The notes beneath the pieces were generated by a model, which had not been told where the DNA came from, ran no database searches, and was given only the letters and a program-made list of their open reading frames with translations. DNA of 64,000 nt, from assembly GCF_009914755.1 (NCBI RefSeq), contig NC_060935.1. One strand, given 5' to 3'. Every line of letters begins with the position of its first letter. Position 1 is the first letter of the stretch. The stretch is from the human T2T-CHM13v2.0 reference genome, Homo sapiens. Made by a program: the position numbers and the translations under genes. Positions 48,213-64,000 of the stretch are shown one piece after another.

Positions 48213-50310
48213 TCATGGAGTGTGTGGAGAAGAAAAGCTGCCTGTCTTCTTGGCCTGCTTCCCTGCTGGCCAAGTTGAGGCTGTGCGCTCTGGCCCTGGA
48301 CCCTCATTTGCAAACAGGGCAGATCACCCTGCCATCCTGTCCTTGGGCCCCTCTGTGGCATGGCAACCCTCTGGTCCACATAATGACTCCACCCTGGCTC
48401 CTGCTCCCACACCAGGGACTGGCCAAGGGCTCACCCGCTGTGAGTTCTGGTTCGAGGCCTCCCTCCAGCCACAGCAGTGCTCAGGTGACCTCTCCCCACC
48501 TGCCACACGCCCCTCTGGGGCTTTGCAGAATCCCTGCCTTTCCTCGAGCCTGGACTAAATCTCCTCGCCAGCTTCCTTCTACACTATGTCCCTCTGTCTG
48601 TGACCAACCTCTGCCACGAAGCCTGGGTCCCAGCAGTTTCAAGTTTCTGTTTTGGAAGGGTGGCTTTCGCGGGGTACCCCATCTTCCCCGGGACTGCCTT
48701 GATAATCCCCTGCTCGGGTGAAAGGGGCAGGCGTGGGCTGCCCATTTGTTCCTTGGGGGATGCTGCTGCTGCCTCCCAAAACCCTAATGCCTGTGCCCAT
48801 TCTCTGGACTCAGGCTGGGCTGCAAGGGCCCCCTGGTCTGGTCCTACCTGCAGCTGGCAGCTTCGGGGGCCGCCACAGCGTATTTCAGCTCCTTCAGTGC
48901 CTATTGCGTCTTCCGGTTCCTGATGGGCATGACCTTCTCTGGCATCATCCTCAACTCCGTCTCCCTGGTGAGTCCAGCCGAGGAGAGGCCAGGAAGGGCG
49001 GGGGCTCCTGAAAGAGCAGGGCGGGGGCGGGGGGACAGGGGGGTGGCAACGTCGAGGGTCATCGGACATTTTTCTCATGTTGTTTTGTTGGGATTCTCAT
49101 CCAGCAACCTCAACTCAAAGCCTCCCGCCAGAGTTCTGGACCTGGGGGACCTGGGCTCCCGGGTAGTGGTGGCCCTGCTGGCTGTGGGTGGGGAGTCCCT
49201 GGATGGCCTTTCCCAGGTCTGGGCTTTAGTGTACTCATCTGTAAATTGAGAGGGTTAGGTTTATTTTATTTGTGAATTAGCCAACAATAACCACTTACTA
49301 AGCACCTATTGTCTCCAGGCTTAGTGTGGGGACACAGAGGCCACTGGGACACAGGAGAGGAGTGAGCCATGATGGTCCCCAGGGCAGCAGCCAGCCCTGA
49401 AATTGTATGACTCTATGAAGGCTGGTGATTCCTCAGCTTCATGGTGGAGACCTGGCTCCTGGATGCCAGCTTGGAGTGTTGCGCCCCCAAGTGATAAGTG
49501 GCAGGCTCAGTCCTCACTCTAGGCTGGTTCTGGGCAGCCCCTGGGTGGTCCTAGGAGAAAGCATCACGGGGCAGAAGGAAGCCCACCCAGGACACAGGCC
49601 TGCCACCTACCTATGTTTCATTTTAACTACTTAGCTTGCTCCTGGGGACACCACTGGGCACGGAAACTGCTGCCACCATCAGCTGTGCAAAGACAGGATG
49701 GATCTTTTATATCAGGGGTCAGGAAGAAATCTTGGGACCAGAGAACCAGGACACCTGACCTCCCCTCCCTCTCCCAGCACACAGCGGGATCTCAGCCAAT
49801 CCCAGCCTACACAGCTCACTCTGCAGGGTGGGCATCCAGCCATGGCTTGAAACAGGTGTCTGAGGTCCACCTCGTGCTGGAATGGGCTCTAACACCTACA
49901 CAGACACATACAGACACACACAGACACATACAGACACACATACACACGCATCAGAGACTGCCCAGCCTCTTAACACTTCCTGAGGCTGGAGAGGCCGGGC
50001 ACTGTCTGGGGACATCTCCGCCTGTAAAGACGACTTTGTAGAGATTCCATCGAGTGCCCTGGAGCTCCCACCACAGGCCATGCCCTGCCTCGGGTCCCAC
50101 CGCACAAGTGTGGTGACCCTCCATACATATATGCCTCCCCTCATGTTTGTTCCTGCGCACACTGTTCTGTATCTTGATTCTTTCACTTAACCAAGCTGTC
50201 ACTGGTCCACTGCCTGATAGAGAGCCTCCTAGTGCCAGGAGAGGCTCTAGAGGTTGCGGTGAACACAGCCCTGCTCCTTGGAGTCCATGTTCTAGCGAGG
50301 CGAGATATCA

Positions 50311-50705
<395 letters not shown>

Positions 50706-51529
50706 TCCCACAAAGAATGGCCAGGTTGGAGGGGAGGGGTCTGCAGTTTTAATTAGCGTGGTTTGGGAAAGACTCACTGAAAAGGGGTCATTTTGAGCAA
50801 AACTGGAAGGAGTTGAGGGAATGAGCCCTGCAGGTTTCTGGGGTAGAACATTCCAGGCAGAGGGAACTGCCAGGCAGAGGCCCTGCAGGGGAAAGTGTGC
50901 CCAGGGTGAAGAGCAAGGAGGGCCCTGTGGCTGAAACAGAGTTGGGAGGTGGGCGACAGGTGAGGTCGGGGAGGGCAGTTCTGCAGGACCCTGTGTCCAG
51001 CGTTCTAGGACTTCAGCTTTGTCTCTGAATGAGACAAGAGCCACCGGAGGATTTTGACCAGGGAGAGACCTGATCTGATTTAGGATTTGAGATCTGATAA
51101 GATCTATGTGGCTGCCATGTGACACCAGGACGGAAGCAGGGAGGCCGGTTAAGGGGCTGCTGCTGTCATCAAGCAAGAGACCAGGTTGAACTGGGCCATG
51201 GTGGCAGCAGCAGAGGCAGTGAGGAGAGCTTAGATTCTGGCTTAATTCTGAAGGATTTGCTGAAGGACTGGACGCACAGGCTTCTTGCCCATTGGGAAGA
51301 AGCTTCCTCATTAATTTGTTACAGCTGCCTCGTAAGGGTGTGTCATCATTACTTAACCAGTCCCCTACAGATGGACATTCAGGTTGTTCCAAGTTTTGCT
51401 ATTTATAAAAATTAGTATTTTCTGTCTTTGCATGGGGTTGAGCACCTCTGCCCATTTTCCTTTTAGCTTGTTGGCCGTTTTCTAATTGATTTGTGAAAAC
51501 TCTTTCAGTATTAGGGAAATTAGTCTTTC

Positions 51530-51846
51530 TTTCTTCTTTCTTTCTTTTTTTATTTTTTGAGACAGAGTCTTTAGCTCTGTCGCCCAGGCTGGAGTGTAGT
51601 GGTCCAATTCATTTCAGCTCACTGCAACCTTCGCCTCCCAGGTTCAAGCGATTCTTGTGCCTCAGCCACTCGAGTAGCTGGGATTACAGGCACACAACAC
51701 CATGCCCGGCTAATTTTTGTATTTTTAGTAGAGACGGGGTTTCGCCATGTTGTCCAGGCTTGTCTCAAACACCTGACTCAAGTGACCCGCCCGACTCAGC
51801 CTCCCAACGTGCTGGGATTACAGGAGTGAGCCCCCGCGCCCAGCCC
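51530..51846 (-). mobile_element. Alu
   Basis: Antisense dimer; aaattagtc duplication on both flanks. Confidence 0.88.
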
Positions 51847-52728
51847 AAAATTAGTCCTTTATCTGCTAGTTGGGTTACAACTATATTTTTACATTTTTTG
51901 TTGACGTTATGGCTTGACTTACGGTGTTTTGTTTTGTTTTATTCCAATGCGGACATTTTTTATTTTTACGACTCCAAGTTTGTCAACCTCCCCTTTTATT
52001 GCCTCTGGGTTTTGTGACTTTCTTGGAAAAGCCTTTCCCTACTCTAAGATTATAAAATAATCTACCATGATTTCTTCTGGCATTGTTGTGGTTTTATTGT
52101 TTATTGAGTTCTTTGATCCACTTAGAATTTATCTGGAGTGCAGTAGGGACACCTTTGCCTGTGTCTCAGAGGGTCTCTGGAATGAGTTTAAGTGGTCAGA
52201 ATCATAAGGGGGGGTGTGGTGAATTAACCACATGGGTAGCTGAATGCCGCTGAATGTCACTGTTTTCTCCCCAGTTGTGGAGTGGATGCCCACACGGGGC
52301 CGGACTGTGGCGGGTATTTTGCTGGGGTATTCCTTCACCCTGGGCCAGCTCATCCTGGCTGGGGTAGCCTACCTGATTCGCCCCTGGCGGTGCCTGCAGT
52401 TTGCCATCTCTGCTCCTTTCCTGATCTTTTTCCTCTATTCTTGGTATGTCCTGAACAGAGTGGGGTGGGGGAGGGTGCACCTGTGTGGCCGAGTCTTCAC
52501 CTGGCCCTGTGAGAGGTTGGGGTGTGCAGTGACCGGGGCTTGCTGGACTTGACAGGGGACACAAAGGATGGCAGGCGTTCATGGAGGCTGCAAGCTCTCA
52601 AGTCCTCACGAATGGCTACTGGGACGCTCTGGTAAAATCCCTTGCATTAGTGTGGGGCCCTGGAACGTCCCAAGAGCTTTTGCCTTCATCAACTCCTTCG
52701 CATCCCTCAACACTTCATAAGTACTCTA

Positions 52729-53544
<816 letters not shown>

Positions 53545-55364
53545 TAGTCTTTAAATACTGTTCAGTGAGTCTCTGTATGATGTACTGCAAAAAAAGGGAA
53601 GCTGGCATGGCCCCCAGACTTCCTGATGCTACAGACAGGAGGACAGGTCATCTTTTTTGGGTCTGAAAGAAGGTAGACAAGGGGGTATTGGGTTTGGGGA
53701 ATAGAATGAGCTCTACCCAGCCCCAGATCCTTCTTCCTCCTCTCGGTCCCAGGTGGCTTCCAGAGTCATCCCGCTGGCTCCTCCTGCATGGCAAGTCCCA
53801 GTTAGCTGTACAGAATCTGCAGAAGGTGGCTGCAATGAACGGGAGGAAGCAGGAAGGGGAAAGGCTGACCAAGGAGGTAAGCGAGCTGGGAGGAAGGAAG
53901 GGTGGGAACAGTCTTCAGTCTTGCTGGCAACCTCCAGTTGTACTAGAATTTAGCAACTTCCCAGGACTCACGTGCCATCCAGGTGTAGACATTGGGAATA
54001 AACAGGACAGGCAGAGTTCTCATGTGCGAAAGATGTTGTTTAGGTATTGAATGATTGTGTGATTTAGGATAAATAATTTAACTGCTTTGCTCATCAGTCA
54101 ATCCACCTTTGTAATTAGGAAATAACCCTATTAACCTTGACATCCAGTTGAAATTTTAATAAAATAATAAACTAAAATTATTAAAATAGCAACCACACAG
54201 TAAAATTACTGGGGAATCAATAACAAAAGCACCATTATAAATACCATTTATTATAAGATAGTTACCATTTATTATCAATAAGCATCATTTCTCAAGCCCC
54301 ATGCCGGGCACTAGGCTGAGAGCTTTATGTATGTAATCTCATTTCATGTCTCATTTTTGACAAAGAGGAAATTGAAGTGGGGACAGGACGGGTAACTTGC
54401 CTGAGAACACACAGTAGGAAGTGGCAGAACCACTTGGAACCCCTGCTCTTATCTGACTCAATCTCCGAGTCTATACCAGGAATGGGGTGGGAGGCCCTCC
54501 AGAACCGCAGAACCTCAGTAGTGTTGGAGTTCGTGTTGGAGCTTCTCAACACCCTGGAAACAGTGTGTTGGCACTTCTCAACACCCCTCAAGTGCCATCA
54601 GTCCTTGGACGGAGCGGAGACAAGGGCCAGCCACCTCACCAAAGACCTCAACCCCAGCTCTCCTCCACACAGACGAAGGGGTTCCCAGCAGGGATGTGGG
54701 GTCCGAGCTCCCTCGCTTTCCCTGAGCAGAGTCTTCTTACCTAGGTGATGAGCTCCTACATCCAAAGCGAGTTTGCAAGTGTCTGCACCTCCAACTCAAT
54801 CTTGGACCTCTTCCGAACCCCGGCCATCCGCAAGGTCACATGCTGTCTCATGGTGATTTGGTAGGTGACAGGCTCATGCCCAAGACTTTCACCTGAGGCA
54901 GGGGCATGCTCTCTGCCCCCACTGAAAAACTCTGTTCTGAAATACTCTTAATGCAATGAGCAGGTGAGCCGTGTGAACTCAATCTCTTCCCACACCCTTT
55001 TTCCAGCACTCGGCCTCTGCTGGATGCTGAGATGTGGTGACAGATGAGATATCATGCTAACCCAGGAACCCCACTTCTGGGCAGTGGGTCTCACCTGGGT
55101 GGGAGGACTATTGGAATCACCAAGGCAGCTTTTCCAGAATGTAATTTGTCCCATCCTGATATGCCCTTTGGGCTGGCTCTCCAGTGGATTCTGGGAAGTG
55201 TCGCACTCTGGAAAAAACACTTCTGGATCCAGGAGGGGATAGACAGGAAAATTGTAATTTTCATGCAGTGAGACAAGTATCCTAACAGCATTTCTGCTAG
55301 CTGGGGCTGCTGACGGCTTCAGGCAGGAGATAGCATTTAGACTGCTTTTAAAAGATGGTTAATT

Positions 55365-55669
<305 letters not shown>

Positions 55670-55863
55670 TTAATCAAGTTTGCAAGGTGGGCAGGAAGGA
55701 ATACCTAACAGGTTCACAGGCATGAAGATGTGAAATGGACAAAAATACAAAGGCAGCCCATATGCAGTAGCACCACCAGCTGCAAGCTGACAAATCCTAA
55801 GGGGAAGGGCTGATAAAAAACAACCGTGTTGATTTCATTCCACTGGATTTCCTGCACATTTAA

Positions 55864-58538
<2,675 letters not shown>

Positions 58539-58984
58539 TTAATACTCTACCTCTTCTGCTTTTGTTTTTTTAATAACTTAATCACATCTGTAAAAACTTT
58601 TACAACATTACATGTAACCAGCTTCCGGCATGTGATAGCTTTGCAATAAATATTTGATGAGTGAATGAACCAATGAGTGAATGAATGAATTTTAGAATAT
58701 TGTGAGCCACAGAATTATAAGATGAAAAGGAATCTTAGAGAATGTCTGGTCCATTCTCCCTGCCACTGCCAATCTCGCCTGAGTGGCAATGCTGGCTAGT
58801 CGTGGTCCAGTCTCTCTGGGAAGACTCCGTTTCTAGAGCTCACATTCTCAGGAGCCTTTCCCCCTTCTTTCCTCCTAGGTGAGCAGACACGTTAACAAGC
58901 AAAAGAACTGAATGTAAAACTGGTGGTTTTTGACTGAGTGTCCCTCAAATTTCTCAATGGCCACTTTATTTTTTGTGAATGTTA

Positions 58985-59545
58985 TAGTCTTATATTGCTT
59001 ATAACAAATCACCATAATTTAGTGGCTTAAAATAACACCCATTTATGAGCTTACAATTCTGCAGGCCAGAAGTGCCAGCTGGGTTCTCTGCTCAGGCTCT
59101 TAGGAGGCTGAAACGAAGCCTCCTTTCTGGAGGCTCTGGGGAAGAATTCACAGCCAAGTTCATTTCAATTGTTGGTTCGATTTAACTGCTTGCAGCTGTA
59201 GGATTTATGTCTCCATTTCCTCACAGGCTGTTCATAAAAGCCACCTACATTCCTGGCTAAGTGGCCTCCTCCACCTCAAAGGAATATCTTCCTCATATCA
59301 AATCTCTCCCATGCTTTGAATCTCCAACTCCCAGTCTTTGACCTCTAGACCCAGATTTAAATCTCATGTTATTAGATCAGGCCCTCCCAGAAAAATCTCT
59401 GTTTTAAAGTTAAGTGATTTGGGACCTTAATTACATCTGCAAAATCCTTTCACAACACCTAGATTAGTGTTTGAATAACTGGGAGAAGGTTTGTGTACAC
59501 CCGGGCCAGGAATTTGATGGACCATCTTGGAGTTCTTCTTCCCAC
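58985..59545. mobile_element. MaLR LTR (MLT1-like)
   Basis: ataacaaatcaccataatttagtggcttaaa...taattacatctgcaaaatccttt; resembles MLT1 LTRs. Confidence 0.6.
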
Positions 59546-60231
59546 ATACAGGTTTATTTGTTTTTTTGTTTTTGTTTTTGTTTTTGTTTTTTCAAGGCAG
59601 AGTCTCACTCTGTCACCCAGGCTGGAGTGCAGTAGTGCCATCTCAGCTCACCGCAACCTCTGTCTCCTGTGTTCAAGCAATTCTCCTGCCTCAGCCTCCT
59701 GAGTAGCTGGGACTACAGGTATGTGCCACCATGCCCAGCTAGTTTTTGTATTTTTAGTAGAGACGGGTTTTCTCTATGTGGGCCAGGCTGGTCTCGAACT
59801 CCTGACCTGAAGGGATCTGTCTGCCTCAGCCTCCCAAAATGCTGGGATTACAGGCATGAGCCACCGCACGTGGCCCACATATACTTTTTATTGAAGTATA
59901 ACACACATGCAAAAATGCACAAGGCTCAGCTTGACAAATTCTCACAAACTGTACACACCCATTAATCAACACACTGGTCAAGAAACAGAACATGATCAGC
60001 CTCCAGAAACCCCGTCCCCCCATGTCTTCTTCAGTCATTACCCTCCCCTATGGGAATCACTATCCTTATTTCTAATGCCACAGATTACATTAGCCTGTTT
60101 TTGGGCTTTATATAACTTGAGCTACATAGTTTTTGTAATTTATACCGTTTGTGAGATGCACTCATGTTGTCATATGTAATTTAGTTCGTTCTTTCTTCGT
60201 GTATAACAATCCATGGTACGAATATACTACT

Positions 60232-60895
60232 TGTGGTAGACAGAATAATGACCCCCAAAGATGTTTGAATCTTTATAGCTTTTCTGTAAATATATATTTA
60301 TTACAAAATAAAAATTATTTTTAAAAAGCAAGGTATGCAGTAGAATAAGATACTTGCAGAAACCAATATCCAACAAAAAACCATATCCAGAAAATATATC
60401 TACGTCTATATATAATGTATATATATTACTAGAAATCAATAAGTAACATTCGTCCCCATCCTAATCCCTGGAATCTATAAATATGTTACCTTCTATGGCA
60501 AAAGGGACTTTGCAGATGTAACTAAGGATCTTGAAGGAGGATTACCCTGGATCATCTGAGTGGGCCCAGTACGATCACAAGGGTCCCTACAAGTGGAAGA
60601 AGAAGGTCAGAGTGAGAGAGAGACCTTTGGAGACGCTGTGTGCTGCTGGCTTTGAAGACAGAGGAAGGAGCCACAAGTCAAGGAATGCAGGCAGCCTCTA
60701 GAAGCTGGCAAAGGCAAGCAAACAGATTCTCCCATGGAGTCTTCAGAAGGAACACAGCCCTGCCCACACTCTGACATTAGCTCAGTAACACACGTTAGGC
60801 TTCTCACTTCCAGAAGTGTAAGATAATACATTTGTGTTGTTCTATGGCACTAAATTTGTGGTAATCTGTTACAGCAGCAATTGGAAACTAATACA
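60232..60895 (+). mobile_element. MaLR LTR (MLT1C/D-like), interrupted by an A-rich L1-like fragment at about 60270-60450
   Basis: tgtggtagacagaataatgaccccc...ggcaaaagggactttgcagatgt...ggaaactaataca. Confidence 0.75.
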
Positions 60896-61294
60896 GAAAC
60901 GTTACCAATTTTTTTTTTTCTGAGACGGAGTCTCGCCCTGTTGCCCAGGCTGGAGTGCAGTGGCACGATCTCAGCTCACTGCAACCTCCTCCGCCTCCTG
61001 GGTTCAAGCAATTCTCTGCCTCAGCCTCCCGAGTAGCTGGGACTACAGGCGCGTGCCACCACGCCCGGCTAATTTTTTGTATTTTTAGTAGAGACAGGAT
61101 GGTCTCAATCTCCTGACCTTGTGATCCGCAGATCTCGGCCTCCTGAAGTGCTGGGATTACAGTCGTGAGCCACCGCGCCCAGTCTACCTATTTTATTGCT
61201 GAAGAACATTGGGCTTTTCCCAGGTTGGGCTGTTACAAATACTGCTGCTATAAATATTCTTGTACATTTCTCTTGGTGAAAAAACACACTTGTC

Positions 61295-61430
61295 TGTCCT
61301 TCCTTCCTTCCATCCTTCCTTTCTTCCTTTCCTTCCTTCCTTTCCTTCCTTCCTTCCTTCCTTCCTTCCTTCCTTCCTTCCTTCCTTCCTTTCTTTCTTT
61401 CTTTCTTTTTCTCTCTTTCTTTCTTTCCTT
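61295..61430. repeat. (TTCC)n/(TTTC)n microsatellite
   Basis: Directly visible. Confidence 0.9.
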
Positions 61431-61904
61431 AAATATGGAGACAGGATCTCACTATGTCGCCCAGGCTGGTCTCAAATTCCTAAGCTCAAGCAATCCTCCC
61501 ACTTCAGCCTCCCAAAGTGCTGGGATTACAGATGTGAGCCACTGCACTGGGCCCACGCTTGCGTTTCTGTCAGATACATACCTAGGATTGGAACTGCTGG
61601 ATCATAAAGTATGGGTGTGTTTCTCTGTAATAGAAGCAAGCAGTTTTCCAAAGTGGTTATACCAATTCACACCCTCATTAGAAGCATATGAGTTCAACTT
61701 GTTCCACATCCCTAGTAACACTTGGTATTGTCTGTAATTTAATTTTAGCCATTATAGTGAGTGTGTAGTGATACTGTACTGTGATTTCCAATTTGCACTT
61801 CTCTGATGTCTAAGGAATGTAAAAATATTTGCATGAACTTATTGGTATTTTGGATGGCTTTTTTTTAATGAAATGCTTATCCAAGACTTCTGCCAATGTT
61901 TCTA

Positions 61905-62365
<461 letters not shown>

Positions 62366-62773
62366 TTTTTTTCTGGATAAAATTTATTTTCTGGATATTG
62401 GTTTTCTTAAATATATTCTGTTAGCTTACCTTCATAAAATTTTGGAATAAATGTGTATTTATTCTTCTATAAATGTATAATTATAGAAAAGTTGCAAAGA
62501 TAGTACAGAGAGTTCCTGTATCCACTTCACCCAGTTTCCCCTCATATTATCATCTTAAATTACCTTAGTACATTTGTCAAAAGTAATAATTTAAGATTGG
62601 TAATTTACTATTAACTAAACTAGAGATTTATTTGGATTTCACCAGCTGGTATATCCCATTACATTTAGTTATTATGTCTTCTTGGTCTCCTTTGATCTGT
62701 GACTGTTTCTTAGTCTTTCCTTATTTGTCATGACCTTGACAGTTTTGAAAAGTATTGGTCAGGTATTTTGTAG

Positions 62774-63049
<276 letters not shown>

Positions 63050-64000
63050 TGAGCCACTGCACCTGGCCTCAATTTGGATTTGTCTGATGGTTCTCTCATG
63101 ACTAAACTGGGATTGTGGATTTGGGAAAGGAGAACCATGGAGGTGATATGACCTTCTCATCATATCATATCATATCATATGAGGGCATATATGATGTCAA
63201 CATGACTGATTACTGGTGATTTTGAAGTTAATCCCTTGGTTAAGGTAGTGTCTACCAGGTTTCTCCACTGTAAAGTTAATAAATGTTCTCTTTCCATATT
63301 CTTGTTTTACTTTTCAATTTTAATCTATTTATTTATTTTGAGACCAGGTTATGAGACTGGCGAATTTTTGTACTTTTGGTAGAAATGGGGTTTCACCATG
63401 TTGCCAAGGCTAGTCTTGAACTCCTGGGCTGAAGCAATCCACCCACCTCAGCCTCCCAAAGTGCTGGGATTAAAAGTATGAGCCACCATGAGCAGCCTCT
63501 TTCCATATACTATTATTTGAAAGTGAGTCCAGTCCACACTCAAGGGGAGGGAAACTAAGTTTCATCTCCTGAAGGAATGGATTTTTTTGTTTGTTTGTTT
63601 GTTTGTTTTGTTTTGTTTTGTTTTGTTTGAGATGGAGTCTCCCTCTATTGCCCAGGCTGGAGTGCAGTGGCGCGATCTCGGCTCACTGCAACCTCCGCCT
63701 CCCAGGTTCAAGCAATTCTCTGCCTCAGCCTCCTGAGTAGCTGAGATTATAGGCGCCTGGCTAATTTTTGTATTTTTAGTAGAGACGGGGTTTCACCAAC
63801 TTGGCCAGGCTGGTCTTGAACTCCTGACCTCATGATACACCCGCCTTGGCCTCCCAAAGTGCTTCGATTACAGGCATGAGTCACCGTGCCCAGCCTAGGA
63901 GTGGAGTATTTACACACATTGTTTGGAGTTCTTCTTTAAGAAAGACTTATTTATGAAATCATTTATTTATATAGGCTCATGTGTAACCATGTAGTTTATA

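Noticed and set aside
46982-48412. 476-aa minus-strand His/Pro/Thr/Ser/Leu-rich ORF and overlapping ORFs
   Set aside because: Translation of the tetranucleotide repeat, whose complement has few stops. All three frames give similar low-complexity peptides and there is no promoter or splice support.

Overview
Human (great-ape-like) genomic DNA; the gene order matches what I recall for chr11q13.1. In order along the window: (1) SPDYC (Speedy/RINGO C, + strand), 7 coding exons, 293 aa, 1549-4530. (2) A 5'-truncated processed PGAM1 pseudogene on the - strand (about 5411-6798), fused to a tail-less Alu. (3) The CpG-island promoter and complete CAPN1 gene (mu-calpain large subunit, +), 21 coding exons summing to 2145 nt (714 aa), 14007-42570. 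It includes a 12-nt microexon, a U12-type intron, a 15.9-kb TE-filled intron and Pro at codon 433, where I recall the reference has Arg. (4) The first six exons of SLC22A20P (OAT6, +, from 45163). A 1-nt phase mismatch at its exon 3/4 junction gives a premature stop, but a GT 4 nt downstream could restore the frame. The rest is dense Alu, L1, L2, MIR and LTR sequence plus a 1.2-kb (GAGT/GGGT)n repeat. I found no clearly new gene. The most interesting candidates are the possible splice rescue of OAT6, the adjacent array of 5'-splice-site cores, a frame-preserving cryptic exon, and a spliced antisense transcript from the CAPN1 promoter. Repeat boundaries were read by eye and are approximate.
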